A DNA stretch of 63,953 nt, counting the filler, from Collodictyon triciliatum (taxonomy: Eukaryota): assembly GCA_043381765.1 (NCBI GenBank). It is 11 parts of 11 records of this genome, joined end to end, with 100 filler letters (N's around TTAATTAATTAA, not from the genome) between each part and the next. Parts side by side here need not be neighbours in the genome. Positions count along the whole stretch, not along the records: positions 38,710 to 45,054 come from JBHJMP010004523.1; positions 45,155 to 51,499 come from JBHJMP010004524.1; positions 51,600 to 57,943 come from JBHJMP010004527.1; 8 more parts are not named here. One strand, written 5' to 3'. The notes beneath the pieces were generated by a model. It did not search any database. It saw nothing but the letters and a program-made list of their open reading frames with translations, and was not told where the DNA came from. Of the stretch, positions 38,709 to 51,785 are shown piece after piece. Every line of letters starts with the position of its first letter. Positions within the stretch are counted from its first letter, which is position 1. A program made the translations under genes and the position numbers.

Positions 38709-41219
38709 NGGGACTATTGGGTGAATAAAACGCCTTTCAACAATCTTTCCCTTAAAAGAACTTTTTGCTCCACCAAATGCCTTTTTCAGTATTGTCCAAA
38801 TGACAGGGAGAGCCACAGATAATAGTTTCACAGCGATATAGCCATTCGAAATCATCACCAACACAATCAAGACAGCTTCAACCGCCCCATTAATTTCGGA
38901 ATATCGGAAAAGCGGGCTCAGCATCAAGGTGAAGTAGAGAACCAACAAAGACTGTAGTTGGGTTGCTTTCAAAGTGCTAGACACAAACGGCTGATAGTAA
39001 ATTGTGGATGCTATCACGATAAATATCAACCATATTCCAAAATATATCTGTAATGAGGACGGAAAAAACACACTTATCATCACGACAAAAAGCTTTTGCA
39101 TCATTAGTACAATTTCCCAATAGTAGCACTTGTCTGTGTATCCATCCACAACAAATCGCAGCAACAGATACGCATCAGAATGTTCGTCCAACAAAGACTT
39201 TCTCTTGTAAATCATGTATGCCAGCAATATGACAGGCCCCATGAAACAATACAGAGTCACATATACAAATGATATATTTCTCCAATCTGCATAATCGGAA
39301 TCATGACATCTTATTGACATATCTTGCCTCAGGTAGGTATCTTCTCCCAAATTTCGACATGGAAATATCACAGATACATTTGCAGTTATTGTTGGATGAA
39401 TAAAAAAGCACATGACAAGTGCTGAATGAAAAAAATCCCTGCGCAGCTGTTGGAAGTAGAAGCCGGAAAAATTATTCTTCATTTTGTAGGCATTCCAGAA
39501 TATCTTGGCTAACTCTGCTACAAACACAATTGAAATCAAGATCAACGGCATGAGCATGGAATAAAAAACTTTTTCATAGACACTCCATCCAAACTGGCAA
39601 TCCATGGGAAAGCTGTCCACGGAGAAGGAGAAGGAAAATAATGCTGGTATTTGCATAGCTGAAATCAACGTGGAGCTCCAGTTCACATCAAAGTTGGCCA
39701 AATATGACAAAACTTGAAAGTGTGTAGACAGAGTTTTAATCATTTGGACGTTATCATTTTTAGGCTCTCTAGATTGCTCTATCATAAATACTGTGAATCC
39801 AATTGGTATTACAACACTTAGAAACACCAAAAACCCAACAGCATTGCTCGCTGGGCATTTCATGCAAATAATTCCAGTTTTTCCATGTCCTGTCTCACAA
39901 ACACTACACAAAGGCCCTGTATAACCTGATGCACACGTACCGTTTCGCCCTTTGCAAGCATCTTGATTGAGACACTTGTATGCCACTTACTCATCGCGCT
40001 CGCTTTTTTATTGCCAATATCCAGGAGCTACCTTAACATCACTGGTGCCATCGCAAATGAACCCATAGGGGCACTTGATACACTGCCAACTTTTTCCGTG
40101 CAGATAAAATGAAGGAATGCGCTTGCAATCATAGATACTTGTAGATGCATTGTTTAGATTATATGTTCCAGGGCCGCAGGTTATGCAAGCACTGGAGCTT
40201 GTTGAGCCAAATTTTGGATTGTATGTTCCAGCTGGGCATGATTGACAATTTTCTTGACCGGTTGGTGGGTTGTATGTTCCAGCCGCACATGAAAGACAAG
40301 CAGGCTTACCAGTTGATGGGTTGTATGTTCCAGCCGCACATGAAATACACGCACTGGAGTTTGTTGAGCCAAATTTTGGATTGTATGTTCCAGCTGGGCA
40401 TGATTGACAATTTTCTTGACCACTGGATGGATTGTATTTGCCAGGAGGGCATAAAGAACAAGATGACGTTCCACCAGCACTATAGCTTCCAGATGGGCAT
40501 ATTTGACAAGACTTTGAAAATTAATCATAAAACTGACCAGCAGAAAAAATTAACTCTGGAGCATCTCAGATTTTGATTCTATTATCATAACTTCCAGAGA
40601 CAATATTTGGTCCGTCAGGAGTAACAGCAACACTATAAACACTGCTTGTATGACCAGTCAATGTGCGAATCAAAGCTCCATCAGAAAGATTCCAGATTTT
40701 GATAGCATAATCCCAGCCTCCAGAAACGATTTTTGAACTATCAGGAGTAACAGCAACACTGTAAATCTCATATGTATGACCAGTCAATGTGCGAATCAAA
40801 GCTCCATCAGAAAGATTCCAGATTTTGATTGTATTATCCAGACTTCCAGATACAATTTTTGAGCCATAAGGAGTAACAGCAACACTGTGAACACTGCCAG
40901 CATGACCAATCAATGTGCGAATCGAAGCTTCATCAGAAATTATCCAGATTTTGATTGTATGATCGTAACTTCCAGAAACAATTCTTGAGCCATCAGGAGT
41001 AACAGCAACACTGTAAACAACACCGGTATGACTAGTCAATGTGCGATTCGAATTATCTTGTCCTTCAACAAGACAAAATTGGCAATGGAGCATCAATCCT
41101 AAATATATATCAATTAAAATCTATGTAATTTGAAGTCAATAAAATTAAAACAATTAAAATATCATTAATAACTCACCCAAAAGCAACAGAGCTGCAAACG
41201 ACTTTGAGTTTAATATCAT
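38709..41219 (-). pseudogene. Signal peptide - WD40 x4 - Cys-rich (CPxGTY, GCC2/GCC3-like) repeats - multipass membrane domain, with four in-frame stops
   Basis: Exon 1 41219-41177, intron 41176-41099, then a single frame 41098-38709 with TGA 40568-40566 and TAA at 40523-40521, 40010-40008 and 39989-39987. The C-terminal region has CASGYTGPLCSVC followed by many TM helices (YYWEIVLM motif). Confidence 0.8.
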
Positions 41220-44200
41220 TCTAAACTAATGTGATGAGTGTTAAAACATTTATACAAAATTTAATGAAATGGTGTTATACCTAGTCGACATATTTTCTTA
41301 AAATTTTAATATTAAATCATCAAATACTACATTTTAATTAATTTATTCAGAAATAAAAAGCAATAAAGATTATCTACCCTAACTTCAATAATACTCATAT
41401 AATAAAATCTCTTAAAATTGAGTACTCTTATTCATATCGATTGTTAAGCTTTGACGATATTATTTGATGATATGGTGATTTTATCAGTTCATTCATGACA
41501 ATTATTAAGAATGCAAAATAGTCATCATCTCAAATTAAATCGATATCAACTCACAATTTTTTTCATAAAACTATTTAAAATAATTCATTAGTCTAGTTTG
41601 ATGTTTTAATAAAGTCGTTTTTCTATCAATAATATGAAATTTAAATGCGGTACTTCAAGGAAAATCACCAATAAATTATTATATGATTTATTTTTTCAAT
41701 AAAAATAAATCATTAAACGACATACGGACACGATATTAAATATTGGACTCATGCAAATTCGCCTTATTGTGAATAGGAAATGATAATAAATCAAGGGGAA
41801 AATCAAGTTTAAGATTAAATGATAGGATAATAAATGTTTCAGTTTGAGAACAATAGGTTTGGTTCGTCTAAGTCATAAATCAATAAATTGTGATAACAAA
41901 ATAGCCGATGATTTCAAAAAAAAAAATTTTTTTCAGTCAATTACATTCATTTTAAAATCAAAATATTATATCACATCTATAATTAAAAATATGGAATTAA
42001 TTATCATAATTCAAACAATTAATACGATTTTAAAAAATGAAATATGAAAAAAACAATTATATGTTATGCGTATCAATAATTTATGCGTATATCAAAATTA
42101 TGAATAAAACATGTCATCAAGGAAATCATACATCAATTATTTGGTTACATTTTTGTTCCCATATTTCGTATATAATATTTGATAAAATAAAGAAATAGTA
42201 ATAAAGAGGCTGTTCAATCATGTATCCTTTATAATCTTTGATTCGAATAAAGGAAAAATGTATCCTTTATAATGGCTTCTTGATTTACATAATATTATTA
42301 TTTATTTAATTTAATTGACAATATATCATAAGTCCTTGTTTTCTCAGCATTACAAAAATTGGAAGAGCGGATTATATGGTGTTTAAGATCAAGAAGTGGT
42401 TAATGGCGTGTAATTTTATGAACTAATGTATTGACATATTGATTAATTATGAGATTTATGGAATAAAATTGAAATTGAAATGATTTACGATAATTAATTT
42501 AAGTGCAAGCATAAAAAGATTCTTGATCAAATGAATATTATCAAAATATAATCTCATAAAATATTCATTTCCAGAATCAGTGATATACTTTAAAAAAAAT
42601 ACTTTATTCGTTGAAAATTTATATTAATATTCCTCTAAATGAAAAACTATAAATACCAAAATATTCCAATAACATTAATCAGTATATTATTAACTATTCA
42701 TTATCATAATGTCCATATTTATCGAGATATATATTAATTCGAATATTTTTATTGCTTCCGTATAATATTTATACATATAATTAATCAGACAATCATAACT
42801 GTGAAATATTCATATTGTTAGATAACTTATATTGGTTCGATGATAAAAATAAATCCTGTACGCTGGACTACATCGAATAAATATCATAGGAGCAAACAAA
42901 AATATTTTCTTTAGAACACGGATTTCGATAATCTGATAGAAATTAATATTATGATTTAATATAACTTAGCAAATTGTCTTTCAGTTAACTATATTATTAT
43001 TCTATTTAAAAAATGCGTAACCCATGAGGAATATCCGTCTATGTACAAAATAGGGGCTAAAGCGATGAACTACATCCTATTATTCGGTAAAATTTTATCA
43101 ATAACTGATTTCAGGAATAAAATATGTTGTGTGAGTATTGTATATCATCTCTAATAGGTTTCATTATTCACAACCAGTTTCAGTATTATTTTGCATTTAT
43201 TTCCCTGATTCATATCAATTATTTTCTCATTTTGTATCATATGTCTCTAAAATAGTGATTTCTAATCAAACTATCATTAAATGACATATTTGTCACAGTT
43301 ACCATATTAATATGATTCATAGAGCTAAAACCAGCTATACTAATCAAAACCAAAGCACACTGATAAAAAATTGGTAATTATTTTGACTATTAACAGTGAT
43401 ATATTATATGTAAATCCTATATTTCATTGAGAATTTGAAGACTATAAGCTATAAAGGTTCTTAGGAGCTCTGAATAGAATAAGTCTATTAAACTAAGGTT
43501 ATCACTAAAATTTTGATACAAAATATAATTATTACTACAAGAAAGGAAACAAAGGTCTGAATATTAAAAAATTTACGAGCGCAATCGTTTCAAAGGTAAT
43601 TTATAATTGAGAATTTTGTCATTTAGGTGTTTTACGTGTGCATCAATACAGATATAATGTTCCTAGTTGAAAATTGATGAATAATACATAAAAAAATTTA
43701 ATTGTACATATTTATTTCTAGCACTCCGCCATATTTTGATCAAATATAAAAAAACTGAACAATAACAGACTTAATCATATGATAGAATCATCGATATGAA
43801 ATAATCATAGAAGTCATAATGTATGTGGTGGATTAACTAAATAAATCATTCAGAAATCAACATAAATATAAGAGAATATTTGGATACATAAAAACGATTT
43901 TATGAATATAAGTGAATGATAATAATCGAAAAAAATAAAAAGGACGTGAACCGTCTACCATATCCTTGGTTAGTCGGGACACCGCAGAAATGAATATCGG
44001 TTTGCTTTTTTATTACCTCTGATTGATTTGGAATTGAAAGTAGAGGTTTTGTTGGATTTGATAAATCGACATCTAAATAACCAAGAGAGAAAATTGATCT
44101 AATATAGATAATTTAACAACGATTAATTTTCATTAGATTTATTTATTAAGCGATAAACCTACAAATCATTTTTCCTTGGAGAAACGAACAAGGTCTTGTT

Positions 44201-45154
44201 AGGTGAGGGGTATGGGCGTGAAGCTGTGGATAAATGATTGCAGTTCAGTCAAGGGGAGGGGTGGTGAATCATTCAGCGGCAAACTGGGTTTTTAGCGAGA
44301 ATATGGTATGTGTTTTTCGATTTGGATATTATAATGGTTCATATGTTGGTTAGTTGGTTTTTTTTTAAAAAATTCACATTTGATGCAAAAGTGTATCTAT
44401 TGATTTAATTAAAACGGAATTTAAAAAAAGGATACCAAGGGTATGCAGATAACAAAAAATTTCTAGTAGATACGTAATTTAAAGATTTTTCTATAGATTT
44501 AGTATTCACAAGGCGATATGTGATACGATTATTGAAAAATAAACGACGTAGCATGACTATTCTGTAGGCAGACCATTTCATCTCTGTTAAATCTCCTTAG
44601 TAAATATATAGCTGATATTATTGTATTTATTGTAAGTATTACAATATTGATTCCATGTATTTTATGCTATTAATAAATCTATCAACTTAATAATAAAATA
44701 CCTAGGATGGCAAGACTCCGATGATAATTCTTAATTTTATAGATTTTTGTACTATCATCATAAGTAATTGTTTTACAAGAGAAATATTTTTAATTATAAA
44801 CTATTCGACTTTATGCATGCTGTATTTTATATGTTAAATAGGTAAAGTTTTCAAATTAAATAGTCTCCTTACCGCAAAAAAAGGATAGATGACTTTTGAT
44901 TACAAAAATTTACCACGAATATTATTTTATTTATTTTTTGGTCATGAATGACTCGACAAAGACATACTTACTTCCACACACAACACAACCCAACACCCCC
45001 ACCGTACGTTCTTAGACCTTTACTTCAGACCATCGGGAAAACTAGGAGCCGCCGNNNNNNNNNNNNNNNNNNNNNNNNNNNNNNNNNNNNNNNNNNNNTT
45101 AATTAATTAANNNNNNNNNNNNNNNNNNNNNNNNNNNNNNNNNNNNNNNNNNNN

Positions 45155-46709
45155 TTCACATAATCAGTGTGAACTTTTATATCTTGGACTAATGTTCCAT
45201 CAAAAAAATTCCAAACTTTGATTGTTTTGTCTGAACTTCCGGACACAATTTTTGAATTATCGGGAGTTAAAGCAAGGCTCGTTACAATTCCAGTGTGCCC
45301 AGTTAACGTACCAGTTACAGCTCCATCTAAAATGCTTGTAATTTTGATTGTTTTATCGCTACTTCCTGAAATAATTTTTGTTTCATCTGTAGTAACAGAG
45401 ATGCAGTTCACTGATTCAGAATGTATTTCAAATGATTGAATAAAAGACCTGTCGTCAACATTCCATACTTTTATTGTTTTGTCTGAACTTCCAGAAATTA
45501 CTTTGGAGCTATCTGCTGTTAAAGTTAGTGCGTTAACGACATTAGTGTGTCCAATCAATGACCTAATTAAATTTCCATTTAACAGATTCCATATTCTAAT
45601 GATATTGTCTGAGTGCCCTGATATAAAAATTGATTTTAAATGAGAAGAAATAACACACATAACCCTATAACTTCTGGTGTAGATAGTGCTTCCATCAGAG
45701 AAATTCCAAAGTTTGATTGTTCTATCCCAGCTTCCAGAAATAGTTTTTGAGCCATCAGGAGTAACAGCAATATCGTCAACACGACTGTTATGACCAGTCA
45801 ATGAGCGAATCATAGCTCCATCAGAAAGATTCCATATTCTAATAACCCAATCATCGCCACCAGAAACAATTTTTGAACCATCAAGGGTTACAGTAATGCT
45901 ACGCACCCAAGTAAGACCAATCCAGGTGCGAATCAAATTACCGTCAGAAATATTCCAAATTTTGATTGTTTTATCATCACTTCCAGAAACAATTTTTGAA
46001 CCATCAGGAGTAACGGCAACACGGTTAACAACATTATTATGACCAGTCAACGTGCGAATCAAAGCTCCATTAGAAAGATTCCAAATCTTGATTGTATTAT
46101 CACCGCTTCCAGAAACTATTTTTGAACCATCAGGAGTTACAGCAACACTGACGACAGAACTAGTATGGCCAGTCAACGTGCGAATCAAATTACCGTCAGA
46201 AATATTCCAAATTTTGATTGTATCATCACCGCTTCCAGAAACAATTTTTGAACCATCAGGAGTAACGGCAACACTATTAACAACATTATTATGACCAATC
46301 AACGTGCGAATCAAAGCTCCATCAGAAAGATTCCAAATCTTGATTGTATTATCACTGCTTCCAGAAACAATTTTTGAACCATCAGGAGTTACAGCAACAC
46401 TGACGACAGAACTAGTATGGCCAGTCAACGTGCGAATCAAATTGCCGTCAGGAATATTCCAAATTTTGATTGTATTATCCTGGCTTCCAGAGACAATATT
46501 TGAACCATCGGAAGTAACAGCAACACTACGAACATTACCAATATGACCCGTTCCAACTGTGTAAATCGAAGAAACTTGTGCAGAACTCGACGAAATGTAC
46601 TCAAGGATGGTGATTGCTATAAACCATTTGTTATAATAGAAATGAGAATAATTCAGAATGAAAAGGGCTTACCCAGTATTATTTGCTGAATATGTAGACT
46701 TTTCCGCAT
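45155..46709 (-). CDS. Signal-peptide WD40 protein with at least 11 highly similar repeats, 3' truncated
   Basis: Exon 1 MRKSLHIQQIIL (ATG 46709), intron 46672-46617, then AITILEYISSSSAQ and repeated TLTGHxxxVxSVAVTPDGSKIVSGSxDxTIKIWNxxDG. Confidence 0.85.
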
Positions 46710-49700
46710 TGCTGTAGAGCCTATTGACATTTTATAATTCATCAGATTTTTCAATAAGCAGCAAATTTTAACCTTCTTGATTCATCCAATTTTCTTTCGT
46801 GTAATTTTCAGCCTTCTGTTTATTAATTAATTCGAATATTGTGATTTCTATTTGATAATTACTAATATGCATTAAATTAACGTAATTCAGATTTTTTATT
46901 AACTATTTTCAACGGAATGCAAATATGAAATGTTTTTTCACTCATTATTAAGTGTTTTAGAAGAATTTAATATAAACTGATATGATGTGATGTAAGAAAT
47001 ATAATAATAAAATAAAATAACAATTAATTAAAATTAAACACAATATAGTTGCACAGTAGTATATCATTTGACTAAATATGATTTATAAATGACAATGGTG
47101 AAGTATAGACAAGACTCTGTAAGAATTTTTCTACTTTTTTTATAAAATTTTTTAATATGTGGATTTTTGGTAAATTCCGAAATTCCAACGATAATTTTAA
47201 TACATTAATTTCAAAAAATTGTTGATATTCGAGAAAATATATTCAGAGCTTATTTCACTTTGTAATAATGCAGGTATATTTTTGCCCTTTTAAACTCATT
47301 TTTCGATTTTTAATCCATATTTAAAATGTCAAGTTCATAGAATATTGAAACAAATTTAATTATGAGTCAAAAATTATTACAAATAAAAGGAGAAGAATAT
47401 GTACTAAATTGTTGCAGAAATCATTCAATTATAATAGATACTTTCAAAAAAGACTTAATTTTTTGTATTTATATGCAATATGCATTTGAAAAGTATTTAA
47501 TCAAAATGTCCCTTAATTTTATTAAATTTTTACATATTTTACATTATTAAAATGAAGCAGATAAAATAATGTATATTGACTAAAGTGTGACAAAGTGTGA
47601 TTTAAAATAAATAAATGAATAAATAGCTAAAAAATGACCCTTTTTAACATTTATAATTCAATTTCCTGAAGTCATCCATTGTACAAAAATTTATCATGAG
47701 AAAAAACTTTGAAATTTAACATAATATTATTCGTTCATCCAGATCAAACTTCAAATTAAGCAAATAAATGTTTCCTTTTTTCCTTATGCTAATCAAAAGT
47801 ATATAAAATATCCTGAGAAGCCTAGGTCTATTATATTTCAAGCAGGTCGATAGAAAGATATAGCTTCATATTTCTTTTTTATAAGAAATTTTTAATTTTG
47901 TTTCCGATTGATAAGTGCCACTTCTAAGCAGATTTATCAACAAATGCTATAATGATGAGAGGTCATTTTAACAAAAAAAAATTATTGTATTCATTCCGCT
48001 ATAATTATAAGAATTCAAAATAATTAAAGTCCATATTTTTTGGATCCGAAAAAACCAAGAAAACGAAATCAAATACGATTTAAATAATATCAATCGAAAA
48101 AAGAAATGTGGAAAATATAAAATTACCATTTTAAATTGAAATTATTTAGCATTTTAACTTTCACAATTATTTTTGTACTTTGAATTTGAGACGTGGGAAG
48201 ATAATTATTTCCTCGCTTCATACTTGCCGGAGCTATACACCATAAATCCACGGAATATCTAATAATGATAAGAGGGAATATTAAACCCTGGCGTCATCTT
48301 GATTAAAGGATTTTTATATCTATGTTCCGAAAAAAAATAATTATTTAAAATATAAAGTAGGTAAATTTAAGGAATTTCTAATCAATGAGTACACTGTTTC
48401 GAAGGAACTTAATTTTCCACGGACAATTAATTCTAGAGCAGTTGTCCAAGAATTTAAAGAATGTTATTTTTGGTATCCGTCGATCATATTAGAATTACCA
48501 ATAAGATTGGCAATATAGCTAAGCATAGATAGAACTTCATGCAAACAATTCTTCATTCCGAATTTTTTCAAAAAAAAGTCATTTAAAAAGTAATATTGAA
48601 AATAAAAGTAGGTTTCCAAAATGATTTGTGCCTCATCGTCCAAGATGCTACTGTTAAGATAAATAAAGGGATTTTAACTGCACTTAAGCCTACCAAATGC
48701 ATGATGGGATAAGAAATTTTCGTAGAGGTTCAATTAAAATATGATATAGGCGAACATTTTTTTATTATCAATTTTAGTATCTGTAATTTAAATAATCAAG
48801 AACAAAAAGAAAAATCACATATAGGAAAATAAATTCGATGGTCTGAAGAAATAAAGTTACAAAATTCCAAAATTGGTTTGAGTGATGGAAACGATACATA
48901 TTTGATGGTTAATGGTCAAAGGAAAAGGAGCATTTATGACACACAGAGTCACATTAAAGGCACCAAAACCCAAAAAAAGTTGCGGCCATAAAAGATTTGT
49001 TTAGTATGATTGCATATTAAGGAGATGGAATGTGCAATACTATCGATATTAAGTTACGTTATTTAAAAAACAAAAAATTCGTGATGAGGCATGTTTTGTA
49101 AAACCTGAGCATATGAAATATGCTAAACCGGGTAAGAATCAAAGGAAATCGAAACATGGCATGTGGGTAGGCGCAAAGTTAATTATGAACTTCTCTTGAT
49201 TATAAATATGCCCAGAGTCCTCGTTCGTATCTGAATTGTTGGTAGTTACAATGTCGAAAACTCAATTATATGTATAAACCATCGAAATAAAAATCCATAA
49301 TTCGTGCAAAAAAGTATGTTGCATCGAAAAATGGTACAGTATATTCAAATCGTTTTTTTTTTTTAATGAAATGCCTACTTATTGACATAAATATTTCAGA
49401 AATTGTCACTGGATATGGACAAACCAACGATTTATAGTCCTGGATGTTTTCGTACGCAAGACCATCGTGACAGAAAAATTTAATGAAAAAATGCGACATG
49501 TGTTTCTTTGGTCATTATTTCCTAAAAAAAAAAACTGGAAGAAAAATTATATTTCGCATGATAATTGATCGATAAAATGGCATTTGAAAAAGAGAGTAGC
49601 TACATAATGCTTCTCGTGTATATGGGATATTTGAGTAGTTGATTTCAACCTAGACACATAAACTAAAAATTTACTCAATGAATAAATTAAGTGCAAAACT

Positions 49701-51339
49701 CTCACTCGTCTCGAAGTTAAATCAATAGCTTTAGATTCGCCTTTACATGTTGGTCTATCAAAATTAGAAGACTTCATTTCTCCTGTGCCGCTGAGGAAAG
49801 ACTGCCAGTCCACGACCCGAATAACCCGGAACCTTTCTAATGGAAGAACTGGATTTTATAATATGAAAAGCCATTAGGGGATTTAGACTCTTCGCGACCA
49901 TTTTCCAACAGGAAAGGAGCTTCTTCTGCAATTCTTTTCAAAGTAACGCATGAAAAAAGACACGCTTTGGGGTCAAACAGTATTTATCCGCATTGCACAA
50001 AAGGATTTTTCTCATTTTATTCCTATGTAAGTGATTGTGACCTCGATTGAGAAAGAAATCGGTGAATACTGGATGAAAACTTAACTTGACGTAAACATGA
50101 GCGTCGCCACCTTCAGAGTCAGTGTTGTGTGTTTCTTGCTTGTGATTAATAAATCCATGTTCGGAGTTTTGAAAAATATAAAAGGCTGAGCCAGTGTTCG
50201 CGGCATCAGCTATATACAATTGTGGAATATAACAATTGATGACGAAGTTGATTACGATTTTCTAATTTGTACACCAATTATGGAATTTATAATAAATAAT
50301 CATACTTCGGCGGATTAAAGATTTCGATTGTTGATGTGAACTAAATTTCATAATGAATATATAAACTATACACGACTCAAGGCTGCAAGCCCAACACATG
50401 CGTTCTTTTTGTAGCATGTAGTTGGACAGTGATTAGAACAATAAATGATTATAGCATAGAACAAAAGAATCGTTTTCATCTACATCTTTTTCCAAAACTC
50501 TGAACGACGCCATCACTACAGCATGAATATCGAAAGCAGAGAGAGGAAAACAAGAGTATTCCAGTAGGTAATATTAAAAAAGCCATGTGCGGCACGCATA
50601 TTTCGGGTGATGATTCAGTTTATGTCTGATTGAAACACCAAGTCAAAGCATAAGTTGAGACTTGAGGTGTTTTATACTCAACTGTGACTCTTGCTAAAAA
50701 CCAGATGCATTTCACTTGGAAGTTCGCGTTGGCATCCGTGTTTTGGACCTCGATTTTCCCCCTCTTGTTTCTGACAGCGGCGGGTGGGAAGCCCTCACAT
50801 GTGTCTATTTTTTGATTTTTATCGCCGACAGATTTTCAAATTTCTGTAACATCTTATATCAGTTCCCCTTCTACAAATCCCTGCTTTCTATTCTTATGCC
50901 CTTACTACTCTCCTGGTTGAAATGTTCGAGTACAGCTTCCTTTCGTGCATAGTCTGTGAGAAGAGTTCATGATTCCTCATAAAACTAATATGTAAACAGC
51001 CAAACCCAAAATATCGCATTTTTTTAATATCGAATGTTCCGCTCAAATGCGACTGTATTTTTGTTTTCATGATTAAACCAGGTATTATGACCGCATTTAC
51101 AAGTGGCTTGATGCGTTAAAGTCCTTCATCCTTTTAAACCAACATTGTCTAGTTGCAAATCTAAGCGAATCATACCTCTAAAAATAAGCTGCACGAATCT
51201 ATTGTTGGCAAACGGAGATGGGCTCCTTGGTTTCGTGGCCAGAGCCTAAAAGTCTGGAAATAGAAAAGTTCGACTCTACATCTCATAACTTTTATGCCCC
51301 TTGCATTTTACTGCACAAGATAATCCTTAAAACCTATAA

Positions 51340-51499
51340 AACAATAAAATAATAAAACAATAAAACAATAAAATAATAAAACAATAAAATAATAAAACAA
51401 TAAAACAATAAAACAATAAAACAATAAAACAATAAAACAATAAAACAATAAAACAATAAAACAATAAAACAATAAAACAATAAAACAATAAAACAATAA
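51340..51499. repeat. (CAATAAAA)n tandem repeat
   Basis: Directly visible. Confidence 0.9.
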
Positions 51500-51600
51500 N
51501 NNNNNNNNNNNNNNNNNNNNNNNNNNNNNNNNNNNNNNNNNNNTTAATTAATTAANNNNNNNNNNNNNNNNNNNNNNNNNNNNNNNNNNNNNNNNNNNNC

Positions 51601-51775
51601 ATTTCGGAATTGGATGATCGATTTATCCAAATCCACAAATCCGTTATTGTCAATAAAGACCCCCATCGGGCGCATCAGTCTCAATGACAACACCGTGACG
51701 ATTCAGAAAAGGACCTTTCAGATCGGCCGCTCTTTTCGCCGACTGCTCGTTGAAAAGTACAAAGAACGTTTATAG
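51601..51775 (+). CDS. C-terminal end of a bacterial LytTR-domain response regulator (apparent +1 frameshift in the C-run near 51660)
   Basis: LDDRFIQIHKSVIVNKD then IGRISLNDNTVTIQKRTFQIGRSFRR..ERL* (TAG 51773-51775). Confidence 0.7.
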
Positions 51776-51785
51776 TAAATCCCGT

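Noticed and set aside
40145-40576. Listed ORFs 40145-40576 (+) and 40181-40528 (-)
   Set aside because: Off-frame shadows of the Cys-rich repeats, whose true frame is that of 41096/39986.
45700-46550. Regular ~126-bp periodicity suggesting a CRISPR-like array
   Set aside because: These are coding WD40 repeats in an open frame, with no repeat-spacer structure and no cas genes.
51220-51285. tRNA-like A-box/B-box (GTTCGACTC)
   Set aside because: No convincing cloverleaf could be folded. At best a decayed tRNA or SINE head.
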